64,000 nucleotides of DNA from the NCBI RefSeq assembly GCF_006345805.1, contig NC_042997.1:133238001-133302000 (forward strand), read 5' to 3'. Shown piece after piece: positions 54,639 through 64,000 of this stretch (positions within the stretch are counted from its first letter, which is position 1; every line of letters begins with the position of its first letter). Made by a program: the position numbers and the translations under genes. The stretch comes from Octopus sinensis. Its lineage: Eukaryota. The notes beneath the pieces were generated by a model. It ran no database searches. It was not told where the DNA came from and was given only the letters and a program-made list of their open reading frames with translations.

Positions 54639-54735
54639 ATGGGGGTGGTGAAAGTAATGGCTTTAGCGCACTTACGTTAATGTATATATATGTATGTATT
54701 GTAGATACGCAGATACACACAGTCAACTACATATA

Positions 54736-54841
<106 letters not shown>

Positions 54842-55483
54842 TATATAAGCTCTTTTCTGATATATCTATAAGCTCTTTTATTCGTGAAACACTGTGTTTT
54901 TATCAAGTGATGTTATTTGCAAGTAACTAATCATATTTTCCTAATGTATATATTGTCTGACAGGATTTAATTTAACAACGTGTTATCAACACATGTAATC
55001 CAGGGTTTATTTCTAACATAAATCGCATAGTGCAAGCTTAAACTGAAATATCATTTCTATTACACAACAAGCGTAAGCATTCGCATACATCTACATATGT
55101 GCATATATATACATTCATACATACATAGATATATACATATATACATACATTCATATATACGTACATTTGAATGGAAGCATACGCGTGTATACATTTTCAC
55201 AATATGGAGCCATTGTTCACCAAATGTTTATGTAATATATGTATAATAAACAATAAGTGTATGCATATATATATATATATATATAATATATATATATATA
55301 TACTATATATATATACATATATATGTATGTATACACACACACATATATATACACTTATATATAAACATATGTATATATACGTAGATATGTGTTTATATAT
55401 ATATATACACTTAGTATATATATATATATGTACACACACATATATATATAAAGTGTATGTACATACATACATACATACATACA

Positions 55484-55519
<36 letters not shown>

Positions 55520-55555
55520 TATGTGTGTATATATATATATATAGATAGATATATG

Positions 55556-55589
<34 letters not shown>

Positions 55590-56033
55590 TGTATGTATCA
55601 ATATATTTATGTATGTATCAATATATTTATGTATGTGGATTTATATGTATATGTATATGATGTATTATGTGTATATAATTATACTAAAGTCAGAAGAGTA
55701 TACACGCAAGTTATTACGATACAAATTGTTATTGATACATTATTTTTCTGCTTTCTTTCAATAAATTTTCATTTTGACAGACATTTTGCTGTGTATGTAT
55801 TATGATTTAGAAAACTTCTACTTGTCAATTCATTTGTTATTTACAACCTAACATTCTGAGTTGCAGACAATGGTGAAAACGAAACTGGTGGCTTTATATT
55901 TAGCGCGAAGCCAGAATGTTTTGAGAGCGAGACTTCCATCGATCACCGTAGCAATCTGATACATTATAGGGCCCAGAGGATCAGAATGCACAATGGATCC
56001 GAGAAGGGTTTGTGCTCAGAACATAAACATATA

Positions 56034-56445
56034 GGCGCAGGAGTGGCTGTGTGGTAAGTAGCTTGATTACCAGCCACATGGTTCCGGGTTCAGTCCCACT
56101 GCGTGGCACCTTGGGCAAGTGTCTTCTACTATAGCCTCGGGCCGACCAAAGCCTTGTGAGTGGATTTGGTAGACGGAAACTGAAAGAAGCCCGATGTATA
56201 TATGTATTTATATATATATATGCGTGTGTGTGTTTGTGTGTCTGTGTTTGTCCCCCACAACATCGCTTGACAACCGATGCTGGTATGTTTATGTCACCCG
56301 TTACTTAGCGGTTCGGCAAAAGAAACCGATAGAATAAGTACTGTGCTTACAAAAGAATAAGTCCCGGGGTCGAGTTGCTCGATTAAAGGCGGTGCTCCAG
56401 CATGGCCGCAGTCAAATGACTGAAACAAGTAAAAGAGTAAAAGAG
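56034..56445 (+). mobile_element. Complete CORE-type tRNA-derived SINE (family B) with internal microsatellite and (AAAAGAGT) tail
   Basis: A box tggctgtgtgg, B-box-like ggttcagtcc, CORE-like gtggcaccttgggcaagtgtctt, internal (TA)/(TG) tract, tail aaacaagtaaaagagtaaaagag. Confidence 0.9.
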
Positions 56446-56519
56446 CCTGAAATAATACCGGAAGTAATTTTGTGCTACTGTAACGATTTTGTCAATCCAA
56501 CGCTAAAGTGATAATAATC

Positions 56520-56715
56520 GTTTTATTATAGGCACAAGACCTCAAATTATGGGGTAGGGAGTAGTCGTTTACATCGACCCAAGTGTTCAACTGGTGTTTA
56601 TTTTATCGATGCAGAAGTAATAAAAGGCGCAGTCGACCTCGGTGGAGTTTGAACTCGGAACGTAAAGCCGGGAGAAATGCTGCTAAGCATTTTGCTCGCA
56701 CGCAAACGATCCAAG
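56520..56715 (-). mobile_element. SINE family A, diverged
   Basis: Reverse complement of the family A body and ..ggtcttgtgcctat.. tail. Confidence 0.75.
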
Positions 56716-56929
56716 TTTGGAAGTTTTTAATAGCTCCAAGTTTTGGCACAATGGAGGAAATAAACCGATAATATGACTTTGTACATGAACAATCTGGTGC
56801 GATTATTTTAATGGCCTACAAATGTATACAGTGCGTCTCTGCCCTAAGTGTCATGGAGGCACTCGGCAAGAAAAGGAAACAGAATTGAAAGAAGATGATA
56901 ATGAAAGTGATGATAATAAAAATATTGTT

Positions 56930-57405
56930 TTGTCTTAGTATAAAAGATGGGCTACAGCAAATATTCTTCTCAATATCACAGATTTGCTTGTCAGTTGTTT
57001 GATCTCAACCAGTTGAGCATGTCCCTTAGTTGCTGACGATATGTGCATCTCTGATCACGAGCAGAAGTAGTGGGGGAGCATCATAGCCATGTGTTGAGGG
57101 GGATTCTTTGGGTTTGAATATTTCACCTCCGGGAACATGGGTGCTTCGTTCAACATCCTTAAACAACCCTTATTCAGGGACCTTTTGAGCGGGATGGGTT
57201 ACTCAACCAGAAGAAAATTCTAACTGGTCCCCACCTGCAAGGTCATGTGCTGTTTATCTTGATATGAGATCACCATGTCGCGCACATATGGTTGTGATGC
57301 ATGTGCCTAGTGTACCCTTATCAGACGGGTAGTCGTGATGGGTATACTGGGCTTCGTATATTTTACCCCAGTGTCACTTTGATTGCATGCACTGCTGTCT
57401 CACTC
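56930..57405 (+). mobile_element. 5'-truncated copy of the 560-bp (AAT)n-tailed element
   Basis: Colinear with 21600-22085. Followed by (AAT)n/(GAT)n at 57405-57530. Confidence 0.8.
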
Positions 57406-57463
57406 AATAATAATAATAACAACAATAATAATAATAATGATGATGATGATGATGATGATGATG

Positions 57464-57528
<65 letters not shown>

Positions 57529-57627
57529 TAACAGAGCCCATAAAAGCAAGCAAAAGAACGGCAGACGGATAATCATAAATACTATAAAATAGTAAACTTA
57601 AGAGTTACACACACAGACACACACACA

Positions 57628-57666
<39 letters not shown>

Positions 57667-58129
57667 CTATACAATACCCCTCCGAAATCATGCAAAATAA
57701 ACCCATACTGTAAATAACCAATAAAATGAATAGAACCCACAACATGTGTCATAGAAAGCCGATACCTGACAAAGGAACACAACCTGCGTTACACAAACAA
57801 CACACAAAATAAAAACTAATACAACCGACATGTCAAACAAAATCCCATAACAAAACGTACTGATACAATACAATATCCCCCCTCCGCCCTGCACTCCCCT
57901 TCAATACAGCACACACGACCCCACCAGCACAAAAGTGCAAGAAATGATGCAATAAAAAGTTGCTTGAAGAAATGTTCAGACGTCGAGAAATAATGGTGGT
58001 GATGATGATGGTGACGAGTGTTACTTCACCTCAGTTTATGAGAGTCAGGAGTTTCCGAAAAACTCTGGTTGTAACGTCGAAGATTAAGCTGGACCTTTAA
58101 GGGAAGGCCTCTCGCTCGGTAGTGAATCA

Positions 58130-60870
58130 GTATAGATGCAGACTGACGACATCTGTCATCCTAATCGAGCATCAGCAGATAATAGAGCAAGAAGGAGGAA
58201 GTGGACCAGCGAGGAAAATAGGATGGTAATACAGTGATACTTAGAAAGGGAACCAAAAAGAAGGGGCTATAGAAAACGGATGTTATCACTTCGGGTAGAG
58301 AAGGGTATGTTTAAAGTGACTGAGCAGGTGTTAGTTGATCAAGCTAATGCTATTAGGTGTAGAAAGTGGATGACGCAATTGGAGGTAGAAGAGATCACAA
58401 GAGAACTGGAAATGAAAGGCCAAGGAGTGGGAAAGACAAACAACAACATGATACATCTCAAACCAAAGAACATAAAGAAAAAAAATAATAGCGCTACCAA
58501 TAAGGAAGGGACAACTGGTACCAACGACTTAAGTGATTTAAGTGAGGAAGATCAGAAGATTTTAAATGAGTTGTAGGAAGTAATGAGTAAAGAAGTAAGA
58601 AAAAGATTGCCAGCATTAAAAGACATCAACAGAAGGAAGCTACAAGAAATGACTAGGAAAGTAGATTCTGTTATCAGTAGGATAGATACTAAAAATATAG
58701 AAGGTACTAGCTTATTGATCTATGCATGAGGGGTAGTAGTCACCAGAAGGTTAGATATCTCGCAGGGAAAGTTTAAAAAGGAACAAATGTGGAAAAGAAG
58801 ACTACAAAATAAAGTGAAAATTGTAAGACAAGATCAGAGTAGAATAGAAACCTGGAAACTGAATAAGTGAGGAAACACAAGATGCAAATCTTCCCTCGAG
58901 AAAAGATATTTAGTCAAAGAGAAAGGATTTGGGACAATAATAGAAGAGATGAAACAGCGTATCATATCAGTAGCAGGCAAGCTCTCCAGATATAAGAAAA
59001 GAAAAGATCAGTATCAACAGAGTAGATTATTTGAGACAGACCAGAGGAGATTTTATAACCAAATAGATAGATGAGAAACCTAAGGCAGAAGAAGCTAGCA
59101 AGTTCTGAAGTAATATTTAGGATAAACCATTCAATCATAATGGAAATTCAGTATGGTTAAACAAAGTGAAGGGAGAAGTAGTGAGTGAGAAGCAGCCAGA
59201 TCTAAGATTAACTAGTGCGTTAATGTGTAAAGTGTTAGGGAAAATGCCGAATTGGAAGGGCCCGGGGCCAGATTTAGTTCAAGTGTTCTGGCTAAAGAAA
59301 TTCAGTAGTTTACATGGGAGGCTGAGGGAACAACTTCAAGATTGCCTTAATGGAGAAATAATACCAGATTGGTTGACTAGAGAGAGGAGAATACTCATTT
59401 TGAAGGATAAGAGCAAGGGTAATACAGCTAGCAACTATAGACCAATTACTTGCTTACCATTAGTGTGGAAGCTGTTAACAGGAATGCTTTCAGAAAGCAT
59501 TTACGAGCAACTTGACAACCAGAATTTACTACCAGAAGAACAGAAAGGTTGCAGAAAGAAGGCGTGATGAACGCATGATCTATTATATATAGACAAAGCA
59601 GTTCTAAATGAAGCAAAAGCTAGAAAGAAAAAGCTAACAATAGTATGATCCCACACTCATGGATAAGCGAATGTTTGAGTATATTCAGTATAGCAGACAA
59701 CATAAGAGAATTAATTATCTTTAGCATGAAGAAATAGAAAGTAGATCTATACTCAGGTGACACACGCTTAGGGAAAATTAATATCAAAAGACGGATTTTC
59801 GAGAGGGACTCGTTACCCTGTTTAATATTTGTTCTATGTTTTATCCTTTTCAGTTTAATATTAAGGACGGCAAATGCAGGGTATCAGTTCAGAAATAGTA
59901 AAGGAAAAATTAACCGTTTACTCTATATGGATGAACAGAAGCTTTTTTAGTAAGAATGGAAAAGAGATAGATTCCTTAATACAGACTAAGACTCTTCAGC
60001 AAAGATATAGGCGTTGAATTCAGCATAGAAAAATTGTGCAATATCAGTCATGAGAAGGGGACAGGTAGTCAATAGCGAAGGCGTCCAGTTACCAGATGGT
60101 CAGACTTTAAAATCATTGAAAGGATGAAAGATACTTATAAGTATCTAGGAGTATTAGAATCTGACAAAGTACTAAATACAGAAATGAAACCGAAAATTGA
60201 GGAGTACATCAGAAGGGTGAGGAAGCTAATGAAGTCAAAGCTAAATAGTCCGAATCTAGTGAAGTCTGTAACTACTTGGGCAGTATCATTACTTAGATAC
60301 CCAACAGCTTTTGTAGATTGGAAAAAAACTGAATTAGCAATGCTAGGCAGAAGAACTAGGAGGAAATTCAATATCAATAGAGGATTCCACCCAAGGGCAG
60401 GAGTAGCAAGATTATACCTATCTAGAAAGGAAGGTAGAAGTCGGTTAATATCAGTGGAGACAGCGTGGAGATAACTACAGTAGATATAAACTCCTATGTA
60501 TGTAATAGTGAAGAAAGTTTATCAAAATCTGCTAGAGGTACAGCAAGACACGGGGTAAACAAAACACCAAAATTAAAGACCAGAAAAAAAGAACAGCAAT
60601 TATCGGACTGGCAGGAGAATGCGTTGTATGGTAGATTCCCAAAGATAGTTTCAGCAAATAGTAGTAGTGAGACATGGTTATGGCTGCAGGAGGAAAAGCC
60701 GGAGAAGGAGGAGACGGAAATTTTGTTCGTAGCTGCACAAGATCAAGCATTAAGGACTAACTGGATAAAAACCAAAATAGACAAAAGCCAAGTAGATTCC
60801 CAATATAGATTATGGAAATCAAAAGAGGAAAGCGTTACTCATAAAGTAAGTGAATGTAGCACACTGGCAT
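58130..60870 (+). mobile_element. R4/Dong-like RLE LINE, decayed, 3'-truncated at a SINE-A head (60880-60940, minus) and (AAT)n
   Basis: RRRKWTSEENRMVI..KRRGYRKRM, MPNWKGPGPDLVQVFWLK, NYRPITCLPLVWKLL, EEQKGCRK, YKYLGVLE, RLYLSRKEGR, AAQDQALRTNWIK. Confidence 0.9.
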
Positions 60871-60972
60871 AGAAAGAATACAAGAATACCGCTAGGCATT
60901 TTGCCCGGCGTGCTATCGATTCTGCCAGCTCGGCCCTTCAATAATAATAATAATATTATTAGTAGTAGTATC

Positions 60973-61049
<77 letters not shown>

Positions 61050-61149
61050 TAATAATAATAATAAAGGAGAGTGTGGGATTTTATAATAATAATAATAAAG
61101 CCTATCACCATAGCTCTTTGTGATTTGTATGATGCCCCTCACACAGATA

Positions 61150-62350
61150 GTAGGGAAAGTGACATCGGTTTCAATAAGGATATCGGAATGGAATTTGGGA
61201 CTAAAAAGTGTGGTACGCTTATAATACCAAAAGGCAATGTAGTGATGTCTGACGGCGAGAAAATCAAGGATATTGGGTCTAATGGATTTAAGTATCAGGG
61301 TATTTTGGAATGTGACAAAATCAATGAAAATGAATTGAAGGAAAGCTTTAGGCGAGAATATCTCAGAAGTAGCAAATTAATTATGGGTAGTAGGCTCAAT
61401 GGCACTGGACAGAGAAACCAGAAAATTGATGATAATTAACAAGGAATTTCACTCCAAAAGTGATACTGGAAGGCTGTATGTGCCTAGAAACAGAGGAGGA
61501 AGGGGCCTCATAGGATGCAATGTCTGTGTTGCCAGCGAACGAGGAACAGTTACATCAAACAGCTGGCCGCTGTTAGGATTAACAATACAATACATACTGA
61601 AAATGTGATGCACATTTAAGAAACAAGATGAAGAAAGAATGAACAATTGGGAGATGAAATTACTGCAAAGCCAATACTTCAGAGAACTCGAAGGAAAAGA
61701 CTAGACCAACATCTGGATATCGCTAAGAAAAAGTGATTTGAAAGGATACACCGAGGCATTGATATGCAGCGCTCAAGAACAAGCTCTGGGAACTAATTAC
61801 AGCGTTCCAAATAGATAAGAGCAGCGAATCGCCCCTTTGAAATAATCTCACATATTGTTAGTGAGTGTCACGAGCTGGCCCAAAAGTACTGCAAAAGGAG
61901 GCACGACAGCGTGGCTAAGGTTGTCCACTGGAGGATATGTGTAAAGTGCGGCCTGAACAGAGTACGGAAATAGTATGAGCATGAACCAGAAGTAGTCACC
62001 AAGAACAAGGAGTATAAGATACTGTGGGATATTACAATTCTATATGACTCCCTATATGTGTAAGGAGATTTGGATCACTAACAACCAAGTTCGAGAAATA
62101 TGTCAGAGAAATTGGAATTGATATGACAGCAGAGCAAACCTCCAAAATCTGCTCTGCTGGGAACAGCTAAGATTTTGAGATTGGTACTTCGATATTGAAT
62201 GTCTCTCATGATAATTAACAAGCAAGTATAAAGGCTTAGAATGTGAGGAAAGAGACCCTGTTAGACCTCTGACAACAGGCTGTTGTCCGCTCTCACAACA
62301 ACAACCAGAACAAACAAGACCGAGAGTACTGAGAAGTAAAACATTGATAA
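61150..62350 (+). mobile_element. R4/Dong-like RLE LINE 3' portion, second decayed copy
   Basis: DIGMEFGTKKCG, FKYQGILE, RLYVPRNRGGRGL, ICSAQEQALGTNY, RHDSVAK, LLGTAKILRLVL. 3' UTR ends gATAATAAT. Confidence 0.85.
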
Positions 62351-62570
62351 TAATACTCCTTTCTACCATAGCCACATAGCATGAAATTTTAGGGGAGAGT
62401 GCAAGTCGATTAAAACGACCCCGCCCCCAGCTCAACTGCTACTTATTTCATCGATCGCGAAAGGATGATAAGCAAAGTCGACCTCAGTAAAACTTGAACT
62501 CAGAGCGTAAAGGCACACGAAATGCTTCTAAGCATTTTACCCGGTATTCTAACTATTCTGCCAACTCTGC
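62350..62570 (-). mobile_element. SINE family A, diverged
   Basis: Reverse complement of the family A body. Confidence 0.72.
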
Positions 62571-62731
62571 GTCTTTATATTAATGACCCAGCAGGTTGAG
62601 TCGATTAGCTAGAAAGTCATGTGGACACACGTTCAGAAATTCGCATTTATGTATAAATGTATGTGTACATGTATGAGTGTATGTATACATATATGATTAT
62701 GTGTGTTTATATATGTTTATGTGTATGTATG

Positions 62732-62772
<41 letters not shown>

Positions 62773-63070
62773 GTGTGCATGTATTTATGTGACCTTTCCA
62801 GCCTATCTCTCATCTTAAACCATACCCATCAATCTAACTTATATTACATCTATTTAATTAGCTACAATCAATCAAGTAATCATTTATCATCTAAGTATCT
62901 CCACAAATAAGCTTATAAGAGAACGTGAGCTGAGGGAGATAACTCAAATAGATCAATGGTATGAACTTTGATAAGAAATGTATTGCTCGATATACTGAAT
63001 GCCGCGTGTAAAGAATAGAGATAATTAATTGAAATTCACCTCTTAGTTATACAGAACGATAATCTAATCG

Positions 63071-63481
63071 TTGTAGTAAAGATTGTTTGCCAACATGACA
63101 TGGCAGTCCTGGTTTAGGACTAATGTTGCTGTAATTTAGCCTCAGGAGACATCGTCTCCAACTGGCTATAGTAATTTTCAAATTTATAAATCAGTGGCTA
63201 GTTGCCACTTTGAAAACTATATATTTCGAGCGGGAATTTGGCAGCGCCACCTCTAGCCGAACAATTATTCGGTGCTGATGAAGAGAAATAACCCAGAAAC
63301 CGCGATACACAGATATTGTTTTGAGCTGAGTGGGGGTGCTAGAATCCCTTGTTCGAAAATATAAGGACACAGATCGTGTCGTATAGCCAGCTGGAGACGA
63401 TGTCTCCTGGGGCTAAATTACAGCAACATTAGTCCTAAACCAGGACTGCCATGTTATGTTGGCAAACGATCATTACTACAA
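63071..63481. mobile_element. MITE with about 100-bp TIRs
   Basis: 63071-63170 and 63382-63481 are near-perfect reverse complements. No clear TSD. Confidence 0.88.
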
Positions 63482-63611
63482 AGTACAGTTGCTGAATATC
63501 TCACGTTGTGAGATTTAAAAATAGTAGTTTTCAAGTCTAATCTTTGTTTGCAAGCTAGGAACAACTCTGGACATGTTTCAATTTGTTAGATCTCATTAGC
63601 ATTATACAGTC

Positions 63612-63795
63612 CAGTGCTCCGTAACCTATTTTTACTTGCGGTACACATATTCTTTTCCAAATTCGGCGGCATAACTGAACTAAAAATATAACTAAAAGCA
63701 TAAGAGAAAAAATCATATTCAGGTTACACTGCAGCACACCTTGCATCGTCTCGTGGCACACCAGCGTACCGCGGTATACCAGTTGTGGAGCACTG
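63612..63795. mobile_element. hAT-type MITE
   Basis: TIRs CAGTGCTCC / GGAGCACTG. Flanking 8-mers atacagtc and gtatagtc match 6/8, consistent with a decayed 8-bp TSD. Confidence 0.7.
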
Positions 63796-64000
63796 GTATA
63801 GTCTAATCAGGTTTGCCTTCATATACCGAAAAAGTGTTACAAATACATGTTGATTAGTATAATTCACATAATTAAAAATCCAATCAATTCAAGATGGAAA
63901 TCAATGTCATGATTGAATAAGTGAATGCCGCACATCTTGATCCACTGAAATTGACACAAAGCTCCAATTAGGCGATATCGTGTAGTTAAGAATGTTCTGC

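Noticed and set aside
55867-56007. Open frame DNGENETGGFIFSAKPECFES.. after a ttgcAG with an upstream cctaac
   Set aside because: Donor is weak, the frame runs into a SINE, and no homology was recognised.
63238-63260. CTCF-like GGCAGCGCCACCTCTAG
   Set aside because: Only a partial match to the consensus, and it lies inside a MITE.
63270-63305. CTGATGA...GAAA inside the MITE (also at 49487 and CTGAAGA near 6121)
   Set aside because: No stem II or stem III pairing, so chance matches to the hammerhead core.

Overview
AT-rich eukaryotic DNA made almost entirely of repeats. The SINE and microsatellite content suggests a cephalopod (Octopus-like) intergenic or intronic region; this is inference from recalled repeat families, not a search. 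No intact host gene could be supported, and most ORFs in the track are translated microsatellites. The window holds Ty3/Gypsy remnants, two mariner transposons (one full length with TIRs), three Penelope-like (GIY-YIG) remnants, at least six R4/Dong-type restriction-like-endonuclease (RLE) LINE copies, Tx1/L1-type and CR1-type LINE pieces, four SINE families, a non-autonomous Helitron and several MITE/foldback elements. The most notable pattern is that different non-LTR families each sit in their own microsatellite: one RLE family in (TAA)n, a second RLE family (4 copies) in (CATA)n, and a Tx1-like element in (TATC)n. In addition, the commonest SINE ends in a tail that aligns with the 3' end of the Tx1-like LINE. 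All translations and alignments were done by eye, so coordinates are approximate.
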